From an uncultured delta proteobacterium (lineage in GTDB: Bacteria; Myxococcota; Myxococcia; Myxococcales; Myxococcaceae), in NCBI GenBank assembly GCA_963776345.1, contig CAVZMH010000014.1:32001-96000 (forward strand): a DNA stretch of 64,000 nt. Reading direction: 5' to 3'. The notes under the pieces were generated by a model, which had not been told where the DNA came from, searched no databases, and was given only the letters and a program-made list of their open reading frames with translations. How positions within the stretch are numbered: position 1 is the stretch's first letter; each line of letters opens with the position of its first letter. The position numbers and the translations under genes are program-made. Below are positions 9,123 through 20,476 of the stretch, piece by piece.

Positions 9123-10932
9123 CTAGACCAGCGCGCCGAGGCCGATGAGCGCCACCGCCAGGTAGAACAGCGACTCGCCGGCGATGAGCCCGCCGCCGAC
9201 CAGCGAGGTGGTGGACATGTCGGCCGGCAGCTCGTCGGTGGCGCCACCCTCCGTGGAGCCGCGTCGCCGGCCGAGCGTGTTCCAGATCGAGCTCAGGATG
9301 CCGCCGGCGCCCCACCAGAGCGCGGTGGGCAGCTCGACGAAGGTGCCGAAGGCGTAGGCGTACGGGCTGGGCAGGAGCACCGAGTCGGCGGTCCAGCCCA
9401 CGGCGAAGCCGAGCCGCGAGCGCTCGACGAAGCTCCGGTACCGGGTGCTCGCCCGGAGGAGCTTCCTGAGCACCTCGACGACCAGGCCCAGCGCGAACCC
9501 GACCTCGAGCGCCACCAGCTGGTGCGTGGGCAGCCGGCCCAGACCGCGGATCGCCCCCACGAACTTGTAGGTCATCGCCGATTGCCACTGGCCGACCTTC
9601 GCCTCGGGGTGGTCGAAGCTGTTCAGCGCCAGCACCGGGTAGGCGTGCATGAAGACGCGGGCCAGCACCACGCAGAGCACCGCGCCCATCCCGATGCCGA
9701 GGACCTGGTAGTAGAACTGCACCCGGCGGTCGGTCCCGAGGCGCCAGCCGGTGGACCGATCCTGCTGCATGTCGACCCCGACCGAGCTGCAGATCAAGAG
9801 CACGGTCGCCGCGGTCATCGCCACCACCGGGTTGCGCAGGCCCATCGCCGACATCAGCAGCACCGAGACCACGAAGGCGCTGGAGATGGGGTTCTGGTCG
9901 CTGACCCCGGTGGAGATGCCGTTGATGAAGACGAAGAGGATGCTCAGGCCGAGGCCGAAGAGGATGTAGCGGGCCGGCTGGTGCATGACCCCGGTGGCGA
10001 CCGCCACCACCGCGCCGGCCCAGAAGAGCACCCAGAGGATCAGCATCCGGGTGGGGAAGCCGCCGCGCTCCGATGTCTCCCGTCCCGCCGGCTGGTGCTG
10101 CGGCGCGCGCTCGGGCGATCGCCTGGCGAGCGATGAGCGTCAGGTCGACCAGGGCCGCGCCCATGATGGAGGCCAGGCCAACCAGGAAGCCGAGGCGGCG
10201 GAACGGCTCGTTCGCGCCGAGCCAGCCATTGGCGCGGAGCCACGGGGTGAGCAGCCATCCGATGAGCCCCACCACCGAGGCGGGCACGGCGATGCGCGAG
10301 CCGACGATGAGGCCTGCGCCCACGTTGGACATGGAGAGCCCGCTCGCGCCAAGCCACGCCACCCGGTCGATGAGCCAGCCTCCGACGGCGCCGAGCCCCG
10401 CGCCCGAGGCGAGGCTGCGCACCGAGCGCTGGAGGAGCGTCTTGTCGGTGAGCGCGCGGATGATGTTGGCGACGGCGTACCCGGACGGGTAGTCGAGCTG
10501 CATCCGGTCGACGAGGATGGGCGTGTAGAGCATCCCCAGCCCCACGCCGAACATCCCCACGCAGGAGATGAAGAGCATCAGCTGCCAGGCGGGCGGCATC
10601 TCCATCCCCAGCCACACCGCGGCCTGGATCAGCACCGCCATCGCGCCGAGCGAGGCGACCGAGGCGGCCATGGTCTGCATGTAGTTGGCGCCGTGCCGGC
10701 CCTGGGCGCCGTAGGGGTAGGTGACGACGCTGCCGAGGATGCCGGCGAGGATCTGCCCGGGGACGAAGATCCCGAGGGTGAAGTTCATGTACGCGGCGGC
10801 CACCCCGCCGAGCGGGCCGAGGATGAGCAGCGCCACCGCGGCGAGCATCAGGTGAAAGCCCACGGTCCCGGGGCGGGGCAGCCAGCGAAACCGCACCTGC
10901 ATCTCGTCGCCGCTCGACACCGTCGTGTCCAT
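9123..10932 (-). CDS. OPT/YSL oligopeptide transporter; one frameshift near 10080
   Basis: N-half (NYMQTMAAS, LDYPSGYAVA) and C-half (NPISS, DMQQDRSTG, GGGLIAGES) are in different frames, rejoined by removing one G. Confidence 0.8.
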
Positions 10933-11345
10933 CCACTCTCCCGCTCGGGGTGAGCGGGCGACCTTCGCACAACGCGCCCCCTCGGGCTCCGGGCACTTGC
11001 GGGTACGTTTGACAGGGACTCGCCGCTCTGGCACTTCCGCGTGCCGCAGCTCCCCGGCCCCGAAGCTGCCTGTGCTCGAAAGGAGGCCACGATGGCGCGC
11101 CTCCCGAGCATCAAGCCGACGAGGCACTGAACAAGACGAAGTCGACCGACGTCTCCCGTCCGGCGTGACGGCGCGACGTCACGTGGCGAGCGGCCCAGTG
11201 GTGCGCGGATGCGCGCGCACGCCCGGGGGATCCGCGGAGTCGCCGCGATCGTTCAACCGGAGATCCGCTGCGCGGGCCCTCGGGGGTCCGCGTGCGCGGA
11301 ACGTCCGCTCGCGCCCTCGTACGGGCCGTGGGCCGGGGGTGAGCC

Positions 11346-11954
11346 ATGGTGTCGGGAACGAAGCTGGAGGCGCTCCTCGGGAAGATCCGGAGGGCGCTCG
11401 ACGAGAGAGGAAGCGCGGAGGCGGCGGAGACGCTGTTCCGCGAGGTGATCGCCGAGGCCCAGCGGCTGGGATTCGCCTCGGCCTACGTGCACTACGTGCT
11501 GGCCGGGGCGCTGGACCGGATGGGAAAGCTGGAGATGGCATTCGACGAGCTCAAGAAGGCAGTGCAGGCCGACCCGCTCGCGCTCCCGGTGCGCCATGCG
11601 TTCCAGGACGTGGCGGCACGGCTGCGCGCTGCGCTCGCCGACCCGACCCGGGCGGCGGACGACGCCGACATCCCGCGTCTGTACACGCTGCTGGTGGAGG
11701 CGGGCGAGGCGGACCTCGAGGCGCATCTCACGATGGTGCGCTTCGCGCTCGCCACCGCGCAGCTCGAGCGGGCGCGCACGCTGGCCGAGGCGGTCACCAC
11801 GCTTCTCCCGGCGGCCCGGGAGGCCTGGGCGGCGCTGGCCCGGGTGGCCCGGGCGCAGGGGGACGTGGCGCTGGCGGCGAAGGCGGACGCCGAGGCCGCG
11901 GTGGCCGAGGTGCAGGCGCCGCTCTTCGGCGTGGTGGGAAAGGCGACGGCATGA
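11346..11954 (+). CDS. TPR-like hypothetical protein
   Basis: Helical-repeat composition (AYVHYVLAGALDRMG...AVQADP); good GC3 frame. Confidence 0.7.
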   Translation: MVSGTKLEALLGKIRRALDERGSAEAAETLFREVIAEAQRLGFASAYVHYVLAGALDRMGKLEMAFDELKKAVQADPLALPVRHAFQDVAARLRAALADPTRAADDADIPRLYTLLVEAGEADLEAHLTMVRFALATAQLERARTLAEAVTTLLPAAREAWAALARVARAQGDVALAAKADAEAAVAEVQAPLFGVVGKATA

Positions 11955-12271
11955 GCCGCCGCGATGCAATCGATGGGGTGGCGGGGCGCAGCGCGGGCCC
12001 CGCCGCCCGCCGTGCCGAGCGCGCGAAACCTCAACTGGGAGGACGGCGAGCTGGCCGACGTGTTCCCGCGGTCCGCGCTCGAGGGTGCCGAGGCGGGGAG
12101 AAGAACCTCTTCTCGCATCTGACGATGAGTCGGTTCGCCCCGGTCGCCGGGCAGCCCGGGGGGCGCGCTCGCGTTGGCCGAGGCCGTCGCGGCGCTCGAC
12201 CCGGGTGAAGCGCAGGCGTGGACGGTGCTTGCCTCCGGGGCGGGGAGAAGGCCCGGGGCCTCCCGGCAGGG

Positions 12272-12350
12272 AAGGGGTGAACTGGTCAAGAAACGCACTT
12301 GTCTATTTCCTGGAAATAGTCAGGTGCGTTTCCTGTCTAGTTGACCCCTT
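12272..12350. repeat. 79-bp AT-rich imperfect palindrome (copy 1)
   Basis: 39-nt arms around T12311, 33/39 complementary; related to 36497-36559. Confidence 0.85.
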
Positions 12351-12604
12351 TGTTCCGCGCGCCTCCGGCCACATCCCAAGCCGTTCCCGGCCGGGGACGA
12401 GCGGGTTCCCGTTGAGCGCCCGGAGCGTGCGCGCACGCCGGCCGGAATTGCAGCACTGGCAGCGCTCTGGCCGCCGCCGTTCCGTTATCGAGAGCGGTCC
12501 CGGCCGCGGCCCCGAGCGCCGGAGGCGCGCGCAGGCCGGACGGGAATGCGCCCCGCTCCCGGCACCCGGCACGCCGTCCTGCCAGGGCCCTCCTGCTGCC
12601 GCGC

Positions 12605-14257
<1,653 letters not shown>

Positions 14258-14260
14258 GGC

Positions 14261-14782
14261 CTACTCCACGGTGAGCAGCTTGGCGTTGGCCTCCACCGCG
14301 CTGCCCTCCTTCGCGAACACCTCGATCACGGTGCCCGCCTTGGGGCTCTTCAGCTCGTTCTCCATCTTCATCGCCTCGACCACCACCAGGCCCTCGCCCT
14401 CGGCCACCTGGGCGCCGGGAGCCACCAGCACCCGCACCACCTTGCCCGGCATGGGCGCGGTGACGATCACCTTGCCGCTCACGCTGAACCCTGCGGCCCC
14501 GGCGCGCAAGCGGACCGAGCGCTCGTCGGCCACGTCCACCGTGAGCAGCTCGAAGCCGACCAGGACCTGGACCTCGTCGCCCGACTCGTCGAGCTCGACG
14601 TCGTGCGAGCGCCCGTCCACCAGGAGCGAGACCGCGCCGTGCGCCAGGACCAGCGCGTCGACGGTGTGCGCGGTGCCGTCGATGGTGAGGACGTACCGGC
14701 CCCCGCCCAGGGCCTCGATGTCCACGGGGACCGAGTCCTTCGCTCCGCGGACGCGCGTGACGTAGCGCTTGGGTGCGCTCAT
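14261..14782 (-). CDS. Biotin carboxyl carrier protein
   Basis: APMPGKVV...EAMKMENE; start MSAPKR overlaps the upstream stop. Confidence 0.92.
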   Translation of the reverse strand: MSAPKRYVTRVRGAKDSVPVDIEALGGGRYVLTIDGTAHTVDALVLAHGAVSLLVDGRSHDVELDESGDEVQVLVGFELLTVDVADERSVRLRAGAAGFSVSGKVIVTAPMPGKVVRVLVAPGAQVAEGEGLVVVEAMKMENELKSPKAGTVIEVFAKEGSAVEANAKLLTVE

Positions 14783-16293
14783 CGCCGGCTCCCGCGCGCC
14801 CGCTGCCGCCACGGGGAGGGACCCGAGGTCCTGGTCTCCGGCGCCAGGGTGCGCTGCCTCCGCGCATCCCGCTGGTAGGCGTCCACCACCGCGGCGAGCA
14901 GCGCCACCTCGCCGAGGGCGTGATCGTGACGCCCGAGCAGGGCGGTGTGGGCCCGGGGCAGGAAGCCGGTGTCGTAGTTGCCGCCCACGAAGTCGGGGTG
15001 CTCGAGAACCGCGCGCAGATAGCGGATGTTGGTGGTGATGCCCTTCACCACGTACTCGTCCAGGGCACGCTTCATCCGGGCGACGGCCTCGGGCCGGGTC
15101 GGCGCCCAGACCGAGAGCTTGGAGATCATCGGGTCGTAGGCCGTGGGCACGGTGTAGCCCGGGTACACGCCCGAGTCGTCGCGCACGTTCGGCCCGGAGG
15201 GCGCGCGGAGATAGGTGATGCGCCCGGGGCTGGGCATGAAATTCTGCCCCGGGTCCTCGGCGTAGACGCGCACCTCGATGCTGTGACCGTGCGGCGGCTG
15301 GGTGCGGAACCCGAGCGCCTCGCCGCGGGCGACGCGGATCTGCCAGGCGACCAGGTCCAGGCCGGTGACCCACTCGGTCACCGGGTGCTCCACTTGAAGG
15401 CGGGTGTTCATCTCCAGGAAGTAGAAGTGGCGGTGCCTGTCGACGAGGAACTCCACCGTGCCCGCGCCGACGTAGCTCACCGCCCTCGCCGCCTTCACCG
15501 CCACCTCGCCCATCGCCGCGCGCATCTCGGGGGTGAGGATGGGGGAGGGCGTCTCCTCGATGACCTTCTGGTGCCGCCGCTGCGCCGAGCACTCCCGCTC
15601 GTTGAGGTGCACCGTGTTCCCCGCCTGGTCGGCGAAGACCTGGATCTCCACGTGGTGCGGCTCCTCGAGATATTTCTCGAGGTACACGGCGTCGTTGCCG
15701 AAGGCGTTCAGCGCCTCGCTCTGGGCCGAGCGCCATGCCGAGTCGAACTCGGCCGCGCGCTCCACCCGCCGCATCCCCTTCCCGCCGCCGCCGCCAGCGG
15801 CCTTGAGCATCACCGGGAAGCCGATCTTCTGGGCGTAAGCGCGGGCCTCGGTGACCGACGGGAAGGGCGCCGTGCTGCCGGGCACCACCGGGACACCGGC
15901 CTTCTCCATGTTCGCCCGGGCCCGGGTCTTCTCGCCCATGGCGTCCATCGCCGAGGCGGGCGGGCCGATGAAGACCAGCCCGGCCGCGTCGCAGGCCCGG
16001 ACGAAGGCGGCGTTCTCGCTCAGGAACCCGTACCCGGGGTGGATGGCGTCCGCGCCGGAGGCCTTCGCGGCATCGAGGACCCGCTCGAAGCTCAGGTAGG
16101 ACTCGCGCGAGGGTGGGGGGCCGACCCGGAACGCCTCGTCGGCCATGCGCACGTGGAGCGCGGCGCGGTCCGCGTCCGAGTAGACGGCCACGGTGGGGAT
16201 GCCGAGCTCCCGGCACGAGCGGATGACCCGGACGGCGATCTCCCCTCGGTTGGCGATCAGGACCTTCCGGATGGGTCTGGTTCCCGGGGCCAC
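14779..16293 (-). CDS. pccA: Acyl-CoA carboxylase biotin carboxylase subunit
   Basis: IANRGEIA, HPGYGFLSEN, GGGGKGMR, ERECSAQRRHQK, EMNTRLQVEH. Confidence 0.93.
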   Translation of the reverse strand: MAPGTRPIRKVLIANRGEIAVRVIRSCRELGIPTVAVYSDADRAALHVRMADEAFRVGPPPSRESYLSFERVLDAAKASGADAIHPGYGFLSENAAFVRACDAAGLVFIGPPASAMDAMGEKTRARANMEKAGVPVVPGSTAPFPSVTEARAYAQKIGFPVMLKAAGGGGGKGMRRVERAAEFDSAWRSAQSEALNAFGNDAVYLEKYLEEPHHVEIQVFADQAGNTVHLNERECSAQRRHQKVIEETPSPILTPEMRAAMGEVAVKAARAVSYVGAGTVEFLVDRHRHFYFLEMNTRLQVEHPVTEWVTGLDLVAWQIRVARGEALGFRTQPPHGHSIEVRVYAEDPGQNFMPSPGRITYLRAPSGPNVRDDSGVYPGYTVPTAYDPMISKLSVWAPTRPEAVARMKRALDEYVVKGITTNIRYLRAVLEHPDFVGGNYDTGFLPRAHTALLGRHDHALGEVALLAAVVDAYQRDARRQRTLAPETRTSGPSPWRQRARGSRR

Positions 16294-16367
16294 GCCGTTC
16301 GCTTAGCACGGGCGAGGGTGACCGGGCGCTCAGGGACACCGAGATCTCGCTAAGGTCCGTTCCCGCG

Positions 16368-17492
16368 TTGGCCGGACCTCACCACGTCGTCCTCGTCCCG
16401 GGCTTCTTCGGCTTCGCCAACCTGGGCGACTTCACCTACTTCGGGCACGTGCGCGAGCTGCTCGGCGAGGTGGGCCCCCCGGCCGGCCTCGACGGGGAGG
16501 TCCGCATCGTCCTCACCGAGCCGTCGTCCTCGCTGCCCCGCCGGGCCGCGCTCCTCGCCGAGGCGATCCACCGCCTGCTCGAGCAGCGCGGGGGGGTGGT
16601 GAGCATCGTCGGCCACTCCACCGGCGCGCTCGACGCGCGGCTGATGCTCAGCCCCGGCTCCATCCTCCCCACCAAGGTGGACGTCGAGCAGTGCGCCGCC
16701 GCGGTGCACGGGGTGGTCGGCGTGTCCGCACCCCACCATGGCACGCCGCTCGCCCAGCACTTCACCTCGCTGTTCGGGGGCCAGCTGCTGAAGCTGCTCT
16801 CGCTGGCCACGGTGTACTCGCTTCGCACCGGGCGGCTCCCGGTGGGCGTGGCGCTCCGGCTCGCGCGCCTGCTCCGCCGGAAGGACGCAACCCCCACCGG
16901 CGTGGTGGACCAGCTCTACCTCCAGCTGCTGTCCGACTTCGCCGGCAAGCGCCGCCGCGCCATCGAGCAGTTCTTCTCCAGCGTGCACAGCGACCAGGGG
17001 CTGGTGCCGCAGCTCGCCCCGAGGGCCATGGAGCTCTTCAACGCCGCGACCGCCGACCGCCCGGGCGTCCGCTACGGCGAGGTGGTGACCCGGGCGCGTC
17101 CCCCGGGGCTGCGCTCGCTCACCCGGGCCGGGTTCAGCCCCTACGCCCAGACGACCCACGCGCTCTACGTGGTGCTGTACCGGCTCGCCCGCGGCCGACC
17201 CACCGATCCGCCCGGGCATCTCTCGCCCGAGCACCGGAAGTTCCTCCGCCGCGCCTACGGGAAGGCGCCCGACCACACCGCCAACGACGGCATCGTCCCC
17301 ACGCTGAGCCAGGTGCGCGGCCAGCTCGTCGCGGCGGTGTGGGCGGACCACCACGACGTGCTCGGGCACTTCCACAAGCCGCGGCACGTCCCGCCGCACT
17401 TCGACTGGGTCGCCTCGGGCACCGGCTTCGACCGGGAGCACTTCGAGGCGGTGTGGAAGGCGGTGGCGCGCTTCCTCGGCGAGGCGCGCTAG
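16368..17492 (+). CDS. Alpha/beta-hydrolase, triacylglycerol lipase-like
   Basis: VLVPGFFGF, GHSTG nucleophile elbow, PHHGT, NDGIVP. Confidence 0.85.
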   Translation: MAGPHHVVLVPGFFGFANLGDFTYFGHVRELLGEVGPPAGLDGEVRIVLTEPSSSLPRRAALLAEAIHRLLEQRGGVVSIVGHSTGALDARLMLSPGSILPTKVDVEQCAAAVHGVVGVSAPHHGTPLAQHFTSLFGGQLLKLLSLATVYSLRTGRLPVGVALRLARLLRRKDATPTGVVDQLYLQLLSDFAGKRRRAIEQFFSSVHSDQGLVPQLAPRAMELFNAATADRPGVRYGEVVTRARPPGLRSLTRAGFSPYAQTTHALYVVLYRLARGRPTDPPGHLSPEHRKFLRRAYGKAPDHTANDGIVPTLSQVRGQLVAAVWADHHDVLGHFHKPRHVPPHFDWVASGTGFDREHFEAVWKAVARFLGEAR

Positions 17493-17520
17493 AGGACCCG
17501 ATCGGCGGCCCGTGCGGAGC

Positions 17521-18477
17521 TCACGCGGCCGACGGTGGCACCGAGGGAGCCGGGGTGGAGGCCGGCTCGGCCTGGGCCGCACCGGCGCCCGGGCGCAGGC
17601 GCGCGGCGATCCACCGCATCCAGCCCGGGGTGATGATCTGCTCGCGCCGGATGGCGACGACCAGGAAGGCGGCGCCCAGGGCGGTCCCGAGCACCATCGC
17701 CGGGAGCCCCGCCTCGGGCCCGAACGCCCCGCCGGTCAGGAGCGACGGCCCGGGGAACGTCGCCTGCGCCAGCACGCCGATGTCGTTGCCGGAGACCAGC
17801 GAGCCCCACACCGGGCCCTCGACGAGGTTCCACGCCCAGTGGATGCCGATGGGGAGCCAGAGCGAGCGGGTGGCCACGTAGGCCGCGGCGAGCAGCCCTC
17901 CGGCCTCGATGGCGATGGCGACGCTGCTCATCCAGGTGGCGCCCGGATTCCCGCGGTGCCCGAAGCCGAAGAAGAGCGCGCTCACCAGCATCGCCAGCCA
18001 GGTCCCGATGCCCTGCTCGAGGAGCCGGAAGACGATGCCCCGCATCGCGACCTCCTCGAAGATTCCCACCGCGAGGAACAGGAGGACCACCTTGCCGAGC
18101 AGGAGCGCGCGGCCGGTCCCCTCGGGCAGCGGCGCCCAGCCGAGGATGCGGTAGCTGCCTGCCAGCGCCAGCACCCCGGTCACCGCGGTGAGCAGCGCCG
18201 CGCCGAGCAGGAAGCCGCGCAGCGTGTCCGGCACCGCGCGTGCCGGAGCGAGCCCCGCATCGCGCGGCCGCCTGCCCTCGAAGAGGAGGAGGCCGAGCGT
18301 GAAGACCACCAGGGTCATCACCGCGTTCCGGACCGAGCCCGCCAGCGTGACGTTGGGCAGTCTGGCGACGGACGGAGCGACCCAGTGCAGAAGGCGCACC
18401 AGCAGATAGGCCAGGACACCGGTCCAGACCAGTCGCGGGAGGGGGGCGAGGAGGATGCGTCGGAGCAGTGCAGGCAT
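17521..18477 (-). CDS. CPBP (type II CAAX/Abi) intramembrane protease
   Basis: FEEVAMRG, FGFGH, IGIHWAWN and GGAFGPE motifs. Confidence 0.9.
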   Translation of the reverse strand: MPALLRRILLAPLPRLVWTGVLAYLLVRLLHWVAPSVARLPNVTLAGSVRNAVMTLVVFTLGLLLFEGRRPRDAGLAPARAVPDTLRGFLLGAALLTAVTGVLALAGSYRILGWAPLPEGTGRALLLGKVVLLFLAVGIFEEVAMRGIVFRLLEQGIGTWLAMLVSALFFGFGHRGNPGATWMSSVAIAIEAGGLLAAAYVATRSLWLPIGIHWAWNLVEGPVWGSLVSGNDIGVLAQATFPGPSLLTGGAFGPEAGLPAMVLGTALGAAFLVVAIRREQIITPGWMRWIAARLRPGAGAAQAEPASTPAPSVPPSAA

Positions 18478-18585
18478 TCGGGACCGGGGTGACAGACGGC
18501 CAGGAGGCGCGCCGATTGCCTAGTCCGGGGCGCAGGAGTCTCGCCAGCCTCCAGGCGACCGTCCGCAGGCCGTGCGCCCGCGGGC

Positions 18586-18936
18586 TCAGCCGCTGATCGG
18601 GAAGATCAGGCGCAGCCGCTGGAACATCTGCCGCGGGCACTCGACCGGCCGGTTGCACGACCGCGGCACCTCGCGGCGGCAGACGTGGACCTGCTTCTCC
18701 TCCGGCTCGCGGGCCGGAGGCGCCTCGCGGAGCAGCCCGGGCGCGGCGAGCACGCCCAGCCCGGCGGCCCTGGCCGCCGTGGTCCCGTGACCGCCGGCAG
18801 TCGCGACCAGGGTCGGGGCGAGGTGCGCCAGGACCGACGCCGCGCGCCAGGCCGAGGACGGAACCAGCGCGGCGCCGGCGAGGAGCAGGACCAAGGCGGC
18901 GATGGAGCAGGCGACGACCGGGGAGTCCTTGCGCAT
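18586..18936 (-). CDS. Small hypothetical protein: N-terminal hydrophobic segment, Cys-containing tail
   Basis: ATG at 18936 preceded by GAGGTA; MRKDSPVVACSIAALVLLLAG...HVCRREVPRSCNRPVECPRQ. Confidence 0.5.
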   Translation of the reverse strand: MRKDSPVVACSIAALVLLLAGAALVPSSAWRAASVLAHLAPTLVATAGGHGTTAARAAGLGVLAAPGLLREAPPAREPEEKQVHVCRREVPRSCNRPVECPRQMFQRLRLIFPISG

Positions 18937-19054
18937 GGCGTACCTCGCGGTACCCGGGGAAATGTCACGGGGCCCGGGCCGGGGCAAGGCGGGGTCGCAG
19001 GGGTTGCAGCCGGCCTGGCACCGGCTGCAGGGAAGCGCGCCCTGGCCCTCCGCG

Positions 19055-19972
19055 TCAGCCGCCGACGGGTGGTGCGTACGACACGTGCTCCACGGGCTTC
19101 GCGGTGCGCGGCGCCGGCCGCCGGGCGAGCTGCGGGAGCGCGAAGGGGCGCCACCACGGCCGCAGGTAGAGGACCAGCGCGGCGGACATCGCGATGGCGA
19201 ACGACGGCAGGCCATGGACCAGCGCGATCCCGAGGTGGAACACGATGGCCACCGGAAGCAGACGGAGGCGGAACCGGGTGGGCGCGACGAGGGCCGCGGC
19301 GAGGCATAGCTCGAAGACCAGCACGCTCCAGGTCAGCGGAACCACCAGCACCGTCGGGCCGATCCGGTCGGTGATCCAGCGCATGACGCCGACGGTTCCG
19401 AACTTCGGGTGGATCCACCAGTAGTAGAGCGCGGTGCCGTTCGCCCACTCCTCGGTGGGGAACTTCAACACCGCGGCGAAGAGGTAGATGACCGAGATCT
19501 GGAGGCGGAGGAGGAGCAGACCCGTCTGAGCGGTGATCGACGCCACGACTCCGCCGTCGCCCGTTCCCTGCCACTGCCAGACGCGCCGGTCGGTGAGCGC
19601 CACCGGGATGAGCAGCAGACTGAGCGTCGCGGCGACCTGGTCCCCGCCGTCGATGACCGAGGCCGAGGCGGCGAAGCTGTACGAGATCCACCAGTGCGGA
19701 ATGGCGGTGAGCCGGGGCCGCCAGCCCACGATGACCAGCACCAGCACCACGATCGCCAGGAGCTTCGCCAGGACCAGGTGATTCCGGGCGAGGAAGAAGA
19801 GGCTCGCCCCGGCGATGGCCCGGCGATCGATGATCCCCACGTCCTCGATGAGCAACGGCTGGAACAGCTGGTCGGTGGAGCTGGCCAGGAGCGTGAGGAG
19901 CGTCGCCGTGGCGAGCAGCGAGCGGCCCACGCCATAGACGTTCGTCCAGGGTCTATCCGCGCGGGTCAGCAC
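19055..19972 (-). CDS. sdpB: SdpB-family (HTTM-like) membrane peptide-maturation protein
   Basis: PWTNVYGVGRSLLA, GWRPR, HWWISYS, DGGDQV, TDRRVWQW, EWANGTALYY, FHLGIA; GTG start overlaps the sdpA stop. Confidence 0.88.
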   Translation of the reverse strand: MLTRADRPWTNVYGVGRSLLATATLLTLLASSTDQLFQPLLIEDVGIIDRRAIAGASLFFLARNHLVLAKLLAIVVLVLVIVGWRPRLTAIPHWWISYSFAASASVIDGGDQVAATLSLLLIPVALTDRRVWQWQGTGDGGVVASITAQTGLLLLRLQISVIYLFAAVLKFPTEEWANGTALYYWWIHPKFGTVGVMRWITDRIGPTVLVVPLTWSVLVFELCLAAALVAPTRFRLRLLPVAIVFHLGIALVHGLPSFAIAMSAALVLYLRPWWRPFALPQLARRPAPRTAKPVEHVSYAPPVGG

Positions 19973-20475
19973 TGGACGTTCAGCAAGGCATACGTCGCGG
20001 GGAGCGCGATCTTGCCGCTCGAGCGCGCCCAGGCCCAAGGGACCGGCGTGCGCGAGAGGAGCAGCACCTCACCGCAGAGCTGCGGATGCCGGGCGAGGTT
20101 TCTCACCGTCAGCCCGGGTCCGGTGGTCTCGGGAAATTGACCGGGCGCGAGGGTGGCACCCGACCACTCTGTCCCGATCTGCGAGACCAGGGTCCGGAGC
20201 TCGGAGCTGTGGTGCACCGGCCCGCGCCGGAGGCCAAGGAGGTTGCCTGCGCTGGCGAACGGCGCGTCGGCCTGCACCCAGGCGCCGTCGCGCCAGCGGA
20301 ACGCCTGGAGCCGGTCCTGGAGCGGCGCCGCGAAGTAGCCCCAGAACTGTGGGGCGATGGCGAGCATCTGCAGCCGCCGCGTGGTCGACGGCCGCAGAGG
20401 GGACTCCAGCCAGGCGACGCAGGTCAGGCAGACGATCGCTCCGGCGAGGATCGTCGCCACGCGCCGCGGGCGCAC
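19966..20475 (-). CDS. sdpA: SdpA-family antimicrobial peptide system protein
   Basis: N-terminal TM; PQFWGYF (cf. PQGWxFF), NLLGLRR, PQLCG, PVPWAW. Confidence 0.82.
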   Translation of the reverse strand: MRPRRVATILAGAIVCLTCVAWLESPLRPSTTRRLQMLAIAPQFWGYFAAPLQDRLQAFRWRDGAWVQADAPFASAGNLLGLRRGPVHHSSELRTLVSQIGTEWSGATLAPGQFPETTGPGLTVRNLARHPQLCGEVLLLSRTPVPWAWARSSGKIALPATYALLNVQC

Positions 20476-20476
20476 C

